From assembly GCA_046729615.1 (NCBI GenBank), contig JBKPHA010000029.1, forward strand, positions 12,742-76,741: a DNA stretch of 64,000 nt. The letters are read 5' to 3'. Below are positions 1 through 9,379 of the stretch, one piece after another. Under the pieces are notes generated by a model. The model was given only the letters and a program-made list of their open reading frames with translations, had not been told where the DNA came from and made no database searches. Source of the stretch: Actinomycetota bacterium. GTDB taxonomy: Bacteria; Actinomycetota; Thermoleophilia; Solirubrobacterales; 70-9. How positions within the stretch are numbered: position 1 is the stretch's first letter; the number at the start of each line of letters is the position of its first letter. The position numbers and the translations under genes were made by a program.

Positions 1-1
1 C

Positions 2-217
2 CCGTCGCACGCCGCGGGCCGCCGCGCCTGGGTCGGGCCGATGTCGCTGGCCGCCGCCGCGGCGGGAGCCGACGGCATCATCGTCGAGGTCCACAATGAG
101 CCGGACGAGGCGATCTGCGACGGTCCGCAGGCGCTTGCGACCGAGGCCTTCGCCGATTACGCCGAGCAGCTTCGCCGCGTTGCCGAGGTGGCGGGCAAGC
201 TGCTCGCGACGGTCTAA
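2..217 (+). CDS. DAHP (3-deoxy-7-phosphoheptulonate) synthase, C-terminal fragment; 5' end lies outside the window
   Basis: Hand translation of frame 2 gives ...MSLAAAAAGADGIIVEVHNEPDEAICDGPQALATEAF... The EVH..P..A.(S/C)DG.Q pattern is typical of class I-beta DAHP/KDO8P synthases. TAA at 215-217. Followed by tyrA and aroA. Confidence 0.6.
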   Translation, partial: PSHAAGRRAWVGPMSLAAAAAGADGIIVEVHNEPDEAICDGPQALATEAFADYAEQLRRVAEVAGKLLATV

Positions 218-239
218 GCCCTAGCCTCGGGGGCCGGCG

Positions 240-1325
240 GTGCGCATCGCGGTCCTGGGCGTCGGGCTGATCGGAGGCTCGATCGGCCTGGCCGCGAAGC
301 GGGGGCTCGGCGCCGAGGTTGCGGGATTCGATGCCTGCGCCGCGAACGCGCGGCGCGGCGTGCAGCTCGGCGCGCTCGACCGCGCCGCCGACTCGATTCC
401 GCAAGCGGTCGAGGGAGCGGAGGTCGTCTTCTGCGCGGGACCGGTGAGGGCGCTGGTTGGCATGGTCGTCGACGCGCTCAATGCCACCCGCCCCGAGACG
501 GTCGTCACCGATGTCGGCTCGACCAAGGGCGGGTTGGTGGCCGGCCTGCCGCGTGACGAGCGGCTCGAGCGCTTCGTCGGCGGCCACCCGCTGGCGGGCG
601 CGGAGAGCGCCGGCGTCGAGAACGCTCGCGACGACCTCTTCGAGGGCGCGCGCTGGTACCTCACCCCGACCGAGCGCTCGAGCGGCATGCTGTATGACCG
701 CCTGCAGCGGGTTATCGCCGACCTCGGAGCCCGGCCGCAGGCTATTGACTCCGAGACCCACGACCGGCTGATGGCGACGGTGAGCCACCTGCCGCACGTG
801 ATCGCCAATGTGCTCGTCCAGCAGGCCGCGGCCGCGGCGACGGAGGAGTCCGAGCGCCTGCCCGGGGTGGGCCCGAGCTTCCGCGATACGACGCGGGTCG
901 CCGGCGCGAACCCGGCGATCTGGGCTGACATCTTCGCCACGAACAGCGAGGCGGTGGCCCGGGAGATCGACGCCGCCGCCGGCCGGCTGCGCGAGGCAGC
1001 GGAGATCATCCGCTCCGGCGACTCCCATCGCGTCGCCGCGTGGCACCAAGGCGCCCGTGAGGACCGCCGCCGGCTGCTCGAGGCCGACCTCGTCGGCGGC
1101 GAGCTCTACGAGCTGCGCCTGAGCGTGGAGAACAGGCCCGGGACCGTCGCCGAGATCGCCCTCGCGCTGGGCCGCGCCGGCGTCAACATCGAGGACATGG
1201 CGCTCTACCCGGCGCCGGACATGCGAACGGGAGCCGTCTCGCTGTGGGTCGCGGGCGAGCAGGAGGCCCAGCGAGGTGCCGAAATCGTGCGCGACCTCGG
1301 CCACGCGGTCTCGGTTTCGACATGA
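240..1325 (+). CDS. tyrA: prephenate dehydrogenase with C-terminal ACT-like domain
   Basis: N-terminal Rossmann motif MRIAVLGVGLIGGSIG, GGHPLAG motif, and a C-terminal ACT-like segment. Stop overlaps the aroA start (ATGA). Confidence 0.85.
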   Translation: MRIAVLGVGLIGGSIGLAAKRGLGAEVAGFDACAANARRGVQLGALDRAADSIPQAVEGAEVVFCAGPVRALVGMVVDALNATRPETVVTDVGSTKGGLVAGLPRDERLERFVGGHPLAGAESAGVENARDDLFEGARWYLTPTERSSGMLYDRLQRVIADLGARPQAIDSETHDRLMATVSHLPHVIANVLVQQAAAAATEESERLPGVGPSFRDTTRVAGANPAIWADIFATNSEAVAREIDAAAGRLREAAEIIRSGDSHRVAAWHQGAREDRRRLLEADLVGGELYELRLSVENRPGTVAEIALALGRAGVNIEDMALYPAPDMRTGAVSLWVAGEQEAQRGAEIVRDLGHAVSVST

Positions 1326-2677
1326 CGCGCTTCGCCCCGTCCGGCCCGCTGCGGGGTGAGCATTGCCCCCCGCCGGACAAGTCGATCAGCCACCGCGCCG
1401 CGCTCATCGGCGCGATGACCGACGGGCCGGTGGAGATCTCCGGGTACCTCGACGCGGCCGACACCCGCTCGACGCTCCGCGCCCTACGGACGGTCGGGGC
1501 GGAGGTAGAGGAGCCGGGCGCGTCGGCGGGGCCCGGCGGGATCGACGTGCGCGTGCATGGGATCGGCCTGCGCGGCCCGGGCAGGCGATTCGCGGCGGCG
1601 GGCGCGCCCGTGGCGATCGACGTCGGCAATGCCGGCACCCTGATGCGGCTCCTCCCGGGCTGGCTCGCTGGACAGGGGAGGGGGAGGTGGGTCCTCGACG
1701 GCGACCAGTCGATCCGCCGCCGCCCCGTCGACCGGGTCGCCGAGCCGCTGCGCCAGATGGGCGCGGCGGTGGACTGCCGCGACGAAAGACTGCCGCCGGT
1801 GGAGGTCCAGGGGGCCGAGCTCACCGGCATCCCGTACCGGATGCCGGTCGCGAGCGCCCAGGTGAAGTCGTGTGTCCTGCTGGCGGGGTTGCTCGCCGAT
1901 GGCGAGACGAATGTCACCGAGCCTGCGTCGACCCGCGACCACACCGAGCGACTGCTCGCCGCGTGGGGGGCGCAAGTCGCGAGCGAGGATCTTCGGACGA
2001 TTCCCACGGTGGGGAGTGGCCCGGCCCGCCGCGTCACAGTCCGGCCGGCCGAGCGCCTGACCGGCGCGCCCGTGGAAGTCCCCGGCGACTTCTCCTCGGC
2101 GGCGTTCATGCTCGTCGCGGCGGCGATTGTCCCCGGAAGCCGGGTGCGGACCACCGGGGTCGGTCTGAACCCGACGCGGATCGGCCTGCTGGGGATCCTG
2201 AACCGGATGGGGGCGCCGATCGAGGTCGACGAGCGACCGGAGAGCATCGAGCCGACCGGCGCGATCCTGGCCCGCCACGGACCGCTCGAAGCGGCGCGCG
2301 TCCACGCCGAGGAGGTGCCGCTGGCGATCGACGAACTCCCGCTGGTGGCGCTGCTCGGCTGCTTCGCGGAGGGCACGACGGTGGTCTCAGGCGCCGAGGA
2401 GCTGCGCCACAAGGAATCCGACCGGATCGCGGCCGTCGTGGACGGCCTGAGAGTCCTAGGCGCCGAGATCGAGGCAACGGAGGACGGCTTCGCGGTCACC
2501 GGCACCGGCGAGTTGCGGGGGGGACAGCTGCGAGCTCACGGCGACCACCGGCTCGCGATGCTTGGCGCCATCGCGGGACTCGCGTCGAAGCAGGGCGTGG
2601 AGGTCGAGGGGATGGAGGCGGCGGCCGTCAGCTACCCGGGCTTCGAGCGGGACCTGCGGGCGCTCGGTGCGGCCTAA
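1322..2677 (+). CDS. aroA: 3-phosphoshikimate 1-carboxyvinyltransferase (EPSP synthase)
   Basis: PPDKSISHRAALIGAM, GNAGTLMRLL and RHKESDRI motifs. I place the start at ATG 1322 (MTRFAPSG), overlapping the tyrA stop, rather than at the ORF-track start 1244. Confidence 0.9.
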   Translation: MTRFAPSGPLRGEHCPPPDKSISHRAALIGAMTDGPVEISGYLDAADTRSTLRALRTVGAEVEEPGASAGPGGIDVRVHGIGLRGPGRRFAAAGAPVAIDVGNAGTLMRLLPGWLAGQGRGRWVLDGDQSIRRRPVDRVAEPLRQMGAAVDCRDERLPPVEVQGAELTGIPYRMPVASAQVKSCVLLAGLLADGETNVTEPASTRDHTERLLAAWGAQVASEDLRTIPTVGSGPARRVTVRPAERLTGAPVEVPGDFSSAAFMLVAAAIVPGSRVRTTGVGLNPTRIGLLGILNRMGAPIEVDERPESIEPTGAILARHGPLEAARVHAEEVPLAIDELPLVALLGCFAEGTTVVSGAEELRHKESDRIAAVVDGLRVLGAEIEATEDGFAVTGTGELRGGQLRAHGDHRLAMLGAIAGLASKQGVEVEGMEAAAVSYPGFERDLRALGAA

Positions 2678-3000
2678 CGCTGGCTCGGATGCCCCTCGCC
2701 CGGCCACGGGGAGAGGAGGAGCAGTAGCCGGGCGTCGTCGGACGCGCGGACCTCGCGGCGCTCGTTCGGGTTGAACTCGGCGAGCAGGCCGGTCCCGCCG
2801 GTGACCGAATCGCCGCCCGAGTCCTCGATCTCGATCGAGCCGCTCACCACGAGCAGCCACGCGCGCTCGTGGACCTGGTGCTCTTGGAGGCGCTCGCCGG
2901 CGGGCAGGTTGATCACGATGGCCCTTCCCTCCCGCTCCGAGTCGAGCACTGAGGGATTATGCGGCTGCACGTCGAGCGTCGCCAGATCCCAGCTCCGCAT
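2674..3000 (-). CDS. cupin domain protein
   Basis: 108 aa with beta-barrel-like segments (AIVINLPAGERLQEHQVHERAWLLVVSGSIEIE). Its stop overlaps the aroA stop on the opposite strand (CTAA). Confidence 0.6.
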   Translation of the reverse strand: MRSWDLATLDVQPHNPSVLDSEREGRAIVINLPAGERLQEHQVHERAWLLVVSGSIEIEDSGGDSVTGGTGLLAEFNPNERREVRASDDARLLLLLSPWPGEGHPSQR

Positions 3001-3032
3001 GGTGGGCGCAACTCTATCCTCAGCGGCCGATC

Positions 3033-3677
3033 ATGGTCATCGCGATCGACGGCCCAGCGGGCGCCGGAAAGTCGACCGTCGCGAGAGGGGTGGCGGACGC
3101 TCTGGGCTTCACCTACCTCGACTCCGGCGCCATGTACAGATGCGTCGCTTTGGCCGCGCTGCGTGCGGGCGTGGACGTCGACCACGGACGGGCGGTGGGC
3201 GAGCTCGCGAGCGCAATCCGGATCGAGCCGGCGGACGGGCGCGTGCTGCTGGACGGCGAGGACGTCACGCAGGCGATCCGCGCGCCCGAGGTCACAGCGG
3301 CCGCGTCGCGAGTGTCCGTTCATCCGGCGGTGCGTCAGGCGATGGTCGCGCGGCAGCGTGCCCTGATCGAGTCCGGCGACTACGTCGCGGAGGGTCGCGA
3401 CATCGGCACCGTGGTCAGCCCGGACGCTCCGCTCAAGGTCTTCCTGACCGCCTCGCCCGAGGAGCGGGCATGGCGCCGCGCCGCCGAGACGGGGGAGGAG
3501 TTCGACGACGTGCTTGCGGCGCACTCGGGGCGAGACGCCCGGGACCGCGAGCGCGAGCATGGCGCACTGCGGCCGGCGAGCGACTCGGTCGAGATCGACA
3601 CGACCGGTCTCGAAGTCGGCGAGGCCACGTCGCGCGTCGTCGCACTCGCGCGCGAGCGCGGGCTGGTAGAGCGGTGA
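3033..3677 (+). CDS. cmk: cytidylate kinase
   Basis: MVIAIDGPAGAGKSTVAR P-loop, followed by LDSGAMYR. Confidence 0.9.
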   Translation: MVIAIDGPAGAGKSTVARGVADALGFTYLDSGAMYRCVALAALRAGVDVDHGRAVGELASAIRIEPADGRVLLDGEDVTQAIRAPEVTAAASRVSVHPAVRQAMVARQRALIESGDYVAEGRDIGTVVSPDAPLKVFLTASPEERAWRRAAETGEEFDDVLAAHSGRDARDREREHGALRPASDSVEIDTTGLEVGEATSRVVALARERGLVER

Positions 3678-3903
3678 CTCCTCCCACGACAGCACACCTC
3701 ACCCGCCTGCAAACCTTCACCAGCCGGCGCGGCGCCTCCGGCGCCGACGGCATCCATGCCTACTCGCTCGCGCACCTTTCAGGTGCGCCACGCTCACTGC
3801 GTCCTTGCCTGACTCGGGACGCGGGCTATCGCCTGCGCCACCGTTCGCCATCCATGGCTCACTGGCCGGCTGAGGCGCACTGCCGCGGAAGGAGGCACCG
3901 CTG
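3671..3903 (+). repeat. structured intercistronic repeat, copy A (diverged, with an insertion)
   Basis: Shares the core GCGCGGCGCCTNCGGCGCCGACGGCATCCNTGCCT..TCGCTCGCG-hairpin-CCACGCTCNCTGCGTCNTTGCCTG with 14667-14861 and the reverse complement of 32969-33163. Terminal inverted repeats are 3671-3684 and 3888-3901. Confidence 0.8.
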
Positions 3904-5268
3904 GTGAACGCCCGCGTACCGCAGATCGCGGTGGTCGGGTTTGCCAACGTGGGCAAGTCCACGCTCGTGAACCGGCTCGCGGGCGGCCGAGAGGCGGTGG
4001 TTCATCCCGACGCCGGCGTCACGCGCGACCGCAAGGCCGTGGAGACCGAGTGGAACGGGGTCACGTTCCAGCTCATCGACACAGGCGGAGTCGACCCCGC
4101 CGCCGAGGATTCTCTTTCGCGCGCGGTCCAGCGCCAGACGCGCGAGGCGATCTCGAACGCCGATGCCGCCGTGGTGGTGGTCGATGCCCGCGCCGGGCTG
4201 CGGCAGGGCGACGCCGAGGTCGCCAACATCCTGCGCCGCGCCGACATCCCCGTCTTCGTCGCGGCGAACAAGCTCGACGAGCCGGGCGACGATTACCTGG
4301 CGGCGGAGTTTCACCGGCTCGGGCTCGGCGATCCGTTTCCGGTCTCTGCCGCCCAGGGCCACGGCACCGGCGATCTCCTGGACCGCCTCGCGGACGTCGT
4401 TCGTGGCGCGTTTGGAGACGGCGCGGCGGAGTCCGACGCCGATGTCGTGGGGGTGGCCGTCATCGGACGGCCGAACGTGGGCAAGTCGTCGCTTGTCAAC
4501 CGGTTCCTCGGCTTGGAAAGGGTGATCGTCTCCGAGGTCGCGGGCACGACACGCGACGCGATCGACACCGAACTCGTGTTTAGCGACCGCCGGCTCATCC
4601 TCGTCGATACGGCTGGGCTTCGCCGCCGGACGAAGGTCGCAGGGACCGTCGCCTACTACGCGCAGCTGCGAGCCGAGCGGGCGGCCGAGCGCGCCGACGT
4701 GGCCCTGCTCGTGTGCGACGCCTCGGAGGGCGTCACCTCCGAGGACCTGCGGATCGCGGAGCTCGCGATGCGAACGGGCTGCGCGACGCTCGTCGCCCTC
4801 AACAAATGGGACATCGGCCGCACCGATCTGGCGGACGTGACGGCCCGGCTCGCCAAGCGCCTGCGCCAGCGGCCGCCGGTCATGACGTGTTCCGCCCGAA
4901 CCGGGCGGAATGTCACGAGGCTCCTGGAGCGCGCGATCGAGCTCGCCGAGAAGCGCGCGTCGCGGATCCCGACATCCGAGCTCAATCGCTTCGTCGGCGA
5001 GCTGAGCGCGAGCCGCCCGCCGCCGGCGAAGCGGGGCCGGCGGCTGCGGATCTACTATGCGGCCCAGGTGGAGCGCCGGCCGCCGCGCTTCGCCATCCAG
5101 GTCAACGACCGCCGGCTGATCTCGCGCGAGTGGGCGTACCACCTCGAGAACCGCCTGCGCGAGGAGTTCGGCTTCGAGGGTATCCCGCTGATCATCGACT
5201 TCGTGCCGCACTCGCGCCGGCAGCGCCCCCGCGCCGGGGCCGAAGGCAGCCGGTATAGGGGAGGCTAG
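3904..5268 (+). CDS. der: ribosome-associated GTPase Der/EngA (two GTPase domains plus KH-like domain)
   Basis: Two G1 motifs ([18 protein letters not shown]), two DTGG/DTAG motifs and NKLD/NKWD motifs. GTG start 8 nt after AAGGAGG. Confidence 0.9.
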   Translation: MNARVPQIAVVGFANVGKSTLVNRLAGGREAVVHPDAGVTRDRKAVETEWNGVTFQLIDTGGVDPAAEDSLSRAVQRQTREAISNADAAVVVVDARAGLRQGDAEVANILRRADIPVFVAANKLDEPGDDYLAAEFHRLGLGDPFPVSAAQGHGTGDLLDRLADVVRGAFGDGAAESDADVVGVAVIGRPNVGKSSLVNRFLGLERVIVSEVAGTTRDAIDTELVFSDRRLILVDTAGLRRRTKVAGTVAYYAQLRAERAAERADVALLVCDASEGVTSEDLRIAELAMRTGCATLVALNKWDIGRTDLADVTARLAKRLRQRPPVMTCSARTGRNVTRLLERAIELAEKRASRIPTSELNRFVGELSASRPPPAKRGRRLRIYYAAQVERRPPRFAIQVNDRRLISREWAYHLENRLREEFGFEGIPLIIDFVPHSRRQRPRAGAEGSRYRGG

Positions 5269-5438
5269 TGGGCAGCAGGCTGCAGCGCCTTTGGCTCGGC
5301 CTCTAGCGATGATGAGGCACAGCGTGCGCGACGAGTACGACGCCAAGGACAGGCGGCACTATCCAGGCCTCAAGCACGATGGCTACTTCCAGGGCTACAA
5401 GACACCGCTGTCGGTCAGCGATCGAGTGAGGGCGCTAC

Positions 5439-7373
5439 GTGTCGAGCGAGCGAAGGGATAGCTACTCGCTCCTGTCGAGGCTCCCGGTATGGGGGCTATA
5501 CGTCATCAAGGGCGTGGGCGAGGAGCTGGTCGGGACAGTTCGCGCCGTCGATCTCTGGGATGCGAGCCGCCTACTCGACGATCTGATCCCGAGCTGGGAC
5601 GAGGACCAGCGCGCTTACGTCATTCGGCGGATCGAGTCGAGTCTCCGCGCCGAGACCTCGGGGGGAGGGGAGGGTCGCGATCGCGCGACCTCGCTGCGAG
5701 CCCGCCGGCTCATCGTGGTCGCGATCGCGGCGGTCGCCGTGATCCTGATCGCCGCCTTCGTCGCGGTGCCCGCGCTGCCGTGCGGAGCGCCAGGCGGGGA
5801 CGTCTGTCCGCCCTCGGACGACGCAATCGCGCTCGCGCCAGACGACTCGCTCGCCTACCTGCACGTGAACGTCGATCCCGGCACCGATCAGTATCAGGCC
5901 GCAAGCGACGTCGCGGAGCGCATCCCGTCGCTCACCGAGCAGCTCACGTCCCGCCTGCTCGATCGCGTTCCGGGCCCCCGTGGGCGGCCGCCCGACTTCG
6001 GGCGCGGCATCGAGCCGTGGTTCGGCGGCCAGGCGGCGCTCGCAGTGATCCCCGCGGGCGAGCGAGCCGCCAACGAGGTCGAGCTCCTCCAGGTCTCGGA
6101 CGCGAAGGGCGCGCGGCGCTTCGCCGACTCGATCGCGACCGGCAAGCCGCGGACGAGCGAATACCGCAAGGTGCATGTCAGCGTCGACCGGCGCGGCCTC
6201 GCAACGGCGCAGGTCGGAGGCTTTCTCACGATCGGGCGCGAGAGCGGCGTCCGCGACGTGATCGACGCCCAGAGCGGCGCCGCGGGCTCCGGATCCCTCG
6301 GGGGAGACCCCGCGGCCGACGCAGCGCTCGCGGCGCTTCCGGATCAGCGGCTGGCAGACGCGTACCTCTCCTCGGACGGCGTCGACCGGCTCGTGGGCAA
6401 CCCGCGGGCGCCGCTGGCGACGCTGGACGCCGCCGTGGATCCCGGTGCGAGCGACGGTGCCGCGATGGCGCTCGTAGCGAGCGACACCGGCATCGAGCTT
6501 GACATCCGCTCCGAGCTCGACCCGGCTCGCGCCCAGGCGGAGCCAGGATTCTTCGCCGCCTTCCCATCCTTTGACCCTTCTCTCACCGACTCGCTCTCGC
6601 CGGACTCGCTCGCCTATCTGGGAATGGCGGACCCAGGGAAGGCGCTCACCTCCTTGGCCGAGCAGGCGAGCGCCGACCAGCCCGGTCTCGCCGCCGCGCT
6701 CAAGTCGCTGGTGAAGCGGGTCGAGCAGCTCGGCAAGGTCGACCTGGCGCGCGATCTCCTGCCGTCGCTTGGAACTGAGGCGGGATTCGCGCTGCAGCCC
6801 GCGTCGGGCGGCTCGGGGGCGCCGTACCTCGAGTTCCTGAGCTCCGGGATCGACGCCGAGCGCGCCGGCCGAGCGCTCGCCAGCCTGCAGGCGCCGATCG
6901 TGGCAGCGCTGGGGCCCGCCAGGGGACACGCGCCGACCTTCAGCGAGCGCAAGATCGGCGACGTCACCGCCCACAGCGTCCAGTTCTCGCCGACGGTCGA
7001 CCTGACGTACGCGATCGCAAGACGGGTCCTGCTGATCGCCACCGATCCCGCTGCTGTCAAGGAGCTCACCGACCAGGACGGCGACCTTGCCGACGATGAT
7101 GCCTTCAAGGAGGCCACGGACGGCCTCACCAGCTCGGTGTCGCTCCTCGCCTACCTCAACCTGTCGGGTCTTTTGACGCTGGGCGAGCAGGCGGGACTCG
7201 CCCAGGATCCGGCGTATGCCACCTTCGCCGGCGACCTGCACAAGCTCTCCGCGCTGGGGATCGCCGTGCGGCAGAACCCGAGCGAGATCGCGATCGCCCT
7301 CAGGCTCGTCGTGAGCCCGCAGGCGCCCGCAAGCCAGCCGAGCTCTCGTCCCCGGATGGTTCCCAAGGACTAG
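5439..7373 (+). CDS. hypothetical membrane-anchored protein (small N-terminal domain, one TM helix, large Ala/Asp/Leu-rich extracytoplasmic part)
   Basis: 644-aa ORF with a single hydrophobic helix ([23 protein letters not shown]). Composition is coding-like. No motif I can name, and the start codon is uncertain. Confidence 0.5.
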   Translation: MSSERRDSYSLLSRLPVWGLYVIKGVGEELVGTVRAVDLWDASRLLDDLIPSWDEDQRAYVIRRIESSLRAETSGGGEGRDRATSLRARRLIVVAIAAVAVILIAAFVAVPALPCGAPGGDVCPPSDDAIALAPDDSLAYLHVNVDPGTDQYQAASDVAERIPSLTEQLTSRLLDRVPGPRGRPPDFGRGIEPWFGGQAALAVIPAGERAANEVELLQVSDAKGARRFADSIATGKPRTSEYRKVHVSVDRRGLATAQVGGFLTIGRESGVRDVIDAQSGAAGSGSLGGDPAADAALAALPDQRLADAYLSSDGVDRLVGNPRAPLATLDAAVDPGASDGAAMALVASDTGIELDIRSELDPARAQAEPGFFAAFPSFDPSLTDSLSPDSLAYLGMADPGKALTSLAEQASADQPGLAAALKSLVKRVEQLGKVDLARDLLPSLGTEAGFALQPASGGSGAPYLEFLSSGIDAERAGRALASLQAPIVAALGPARGHAPTFSERKIGDVTAHSVQFSPTVDLTYAIARRVLLIATDPAAVKELTDQDGDLADDDAFKEATDGLTSSVSLLAYLNLSGLLTLGEQAGLAQDPAYATFAGDLHKLSALGIAVRQNPSEIAIALRLVVSPQAPASQPSSRPRMVPKD

Positions 7374-7399
7374 GCGGGTCCGCTACCGTTGCGCCGATC

Positions 7400-8677
7400 A
7401 TGGTGAGGCTCTCGGACCACGAGTACTTGTTCACCTCGGAGTCGGTCACCGAGGGACACCCCGACAAGATCTGCGATCAGATCTCGGATGGCGTCCTCGA
7501 CGCCGTGCTGGCGGACGACCCCGGTGGGCGCGTCGCCTGCGAGTGCCTGGTCAATACGGGGCTAGTGGTCGTCGCGGGCGAGATCTCGACCGAGACCTAC
7601 GTCGACATCCCGGCGATCGTCCGCGGCACGCTCCATCGGATCGGCTACAACCGCGCCAAGTACGGATTCGACGGCGAGACGTGCGCCGTGATCACCGCCA
7701 TCGACGAGCAGTCGCCGGACATCGCGCAGGGCGTGGACACCGCGTACGAGGCCCGCACCGACCCCAACGACGACGACGAGCTCGACCGGGTCGGGGCGGG
7801 CGACCAGGGAATGATGTTCGGCTACGCGACGCGGGAGACCCGGACGCTCATGCCGATGCCGATCCAGATCGCCCACACCCTCGCCAAGCGCCTCGCCGAG
7901 GTGCGCAAGGCGCGGGTCGTTCCCTATCTGCGCCCCGACGGCAAGACCCAGGTGACGATCCGCTACGAAAACGATCGGCCGGTGGAGATCGTCAAGGTCC
8001 TCATCTCCGCCCAGCACGCCCCCGACCTCGACGCGGATGCGCTCATCAAGCCGGACCTCTGGGAGCACGTGGTCGAGCCGGTCCTGCACGAGGGCTACAA
8101 GGAGCTCTTCACCGAGCGCGACCTTTTGCCGAACTTCCTCGTCAATCCGACCGGCAGGTTCGAGATCGGTGGCCCGATGGGCGACGCCGGGCTGACCGGC
8201 CGCAAGATCATCGTCGACACCTACGGGGGCGCGGCCCGGCACGGCGGCGGCGCGTTCTCGGGCAAGGATCCATCGAAGGTCGACCGCTCAGCCGCCTACG
8301 CGGCGCGCTACGTGGCGAAGAACGTCGTCGCTGCCGGCCTCGCCGACCGCTGCGAGATCCAAGTCGCCTATGCCATCGGCGTGGCGCACCCGGTCTCGCT
8401 GATGGTGGAGACGTACGCAACCGGAAAGGTCTCGAACGGCGACATCGCCCGGGCCATCAACGAGGTCTTCGACCTGCGGCCGGCGGCGGTCCGGCGCTAC
8501 CTCGACCTGCACCGCCCGATCTTTCAGAAGACGGCAGCCTACGGCCACTTCGGCCGCGAGGACCATGACTTCACGTGGGAGCGCACGGACCGCGTGGACG
8601 CGCTGCGCGCCGCGGTGGGGCTGGCCGCCACGGAGGACCAGCCCGGGGTCGAGGCCGGGATTACGAGCTCGGGCTGA
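7400..8677 (+). CDS. metK: S-adenosylmethionine synthetase
   Basis: [32 protein letters not shown] and GGGAFSGKD motifs. Confidence 0.95.
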   Translation: MVRLSDHEYLFTSESVTEGHPDKICDQISDGVLDAVLADDPGGRVACECLVNTGLVVVAGEISTETYVDIPAIVRGTLHRIGYNRAKYGFDGETCAVITAIDEQSPDIAQGVDTAYEARTDPNDDDELDRVGAGDQGMMFGYATRETRTLMPMPIQIAHTLAKRLAEVRKARVVPYLRPDGKTQVTIRYENDRPVEIVKVLISAQHAPDLDADALIKPDLWEHVVEPVLHEGYKELFTERDLLPNFLVNPTGRFEIGGPMGDAGLTGRKIIVDTYGGAARHGGGAFSGKDPSKVDRSAAYAARYVAKNVVAAGLADRCEIQVAYAIGVAHPVSLMVETYATGKVSNGDIARAINEVFDLRPAAVRRYLDLHRPIFQKTAAYGHFGREDHDFTWERTDRVDALRAAVGLAATEDQPGVEAGITSSG

Positions 8678-8691
8678 CTGCTCATCGCATC

Positions 8692-8730
8692 GAGTGATCG
8701 ATTCACCTCGTATATGGAGGTAAATCACTC
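8692..8730. terminator. hairpin of the GAGTGAT...ATCACTC family between convergent metK and the PH-domain gene
   Basis: GAGTGAT (8692-8698) pairs with ATCACTC (8724-8730). Inner stem ACCTC/GAGGT, AT-rich loop GTATATG. A related hairpin lies at 31771-31808. Confidence 0.45.
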
Positions 8731-8793
8731 ACTCGATTAGGGAGGGGCGCGACTTCGACGGCCACGTCGCCGCCCGTGCTAAACCTGCGCTTC

Positions 8794-9315
8794 CTACGGC
8801 CGCTGTGCCGCCGACTGGTCGCCCAACCCGCTCGCCGAGCCGGCGTGGGTCGCGCGATCTACGCGCTCCACGACCTCCGCCGGGTCCGCAACGCCGGCGA
8901 AGACGAAGTTGTAGTCGTCGCCCGCGGCCGTGTCGAAGTCGACGTCGCCGACCTGGAGTATCCGCTCGAACAGCGACTGGTTGTAGTTGACGTTCTGCAC
9001 GCGCTCGAGCCGCGTCTCCTGGATGTCGCGAGCGATGATCCCGCGCTGGATGTGCAGGCGGCGCGTCGTGATCGTGTAGTGCGTGGTGACGCGCTTGATG
9101 AATCCGGCGAGCACCACGGTCGCGACGCCCACGACCGCGACCAGGGCCACCAGCCCGACATCCGTGTCGCCGTTCGCGATGTTGGTGCCGACGCCGACGA
9201 GGAAGGCGACCACCAGGACCGCCAAGAGCCCCTTGATGTGGAAGCCGAGGATCGAGCGCCACGACGGGTGGCCCTGGAACATCACCTGCTCGCCGGGAGC
9301 AAGGCGGGGTGCCAT
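8794..9315 (-). CDS. bacterial PH-domain (bPH_2 / YdbS-YdbT-like) membrane protein
   Basis: Two TM helices followed by ITTRRLHIQRGIIARDIQETRLERVQNV, typical of DUF304/bPH_2 proteins. Confidence 0.65.
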   Translation of the reverse strand: MAPRLAPGEQVMFQGHPSWRSILGFHIKGLLAVLVVAFLVGVGTNIANGDTDVGLVALVAVVGVATVVLAGFIKRVTTHYTITTRRLHIQRGIIARDIQETRLERVQNVNYNQSLFERILQVGDVDFDTAAGDDYNFVFAGVADPAEVVERVDRATHAGSASGLGDQSAAQRP

Positions 9316-9379
9316 GGCCGAAGCATAAGCGGCGTGCCACCGATGACGCCGCCGCGCCGACCACTAGCTTCAAGCTGCC

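Noticed and set aside
78-1304. 408-aa ORF on the minus strand, opposite tyrA. Similar long antisense or off-frame ORFs occur throughout, e.g. 3859-5346, 8729-10360, 21352-22998, 24759-26663, 36237-37508, 58973-60067 and 60262-61695.
   Set aside because: Their translations are Arg/Pro/Gly/Ala-rich with no motifs. Each overlaps a strongly supported housekeeping gene. Such shadow ORFs are expected in very GC-rich DNA, where stop codons are rare.
5309-5461. 50-aa ORF (MMRHSVRDEYDAKDRRHYPGLKHDGYFQGYK...) in the der / 5439-ORF spacer, which is visibly less GC-rich than its surroundings.
   Set aside because: It is too short, has no SD, has no recognisable motif, and overlaps the next ORF's start. 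It could be a gene remnant, but I cannot support it.
7374-7399. Looked for riboswitches at the usual places: SAM upstream of metK, TPP upstream of thiD (49065), FMN upstream of ribD, and leaders for ilvD.
   Set aside because: The spacers are too short (26 nt before metK, and overlapping genes at thiD and ilvD). The 88-nt ribD spacer lacks the RFN core as far as I can judge by eye. A cmsearch run would be decisive.
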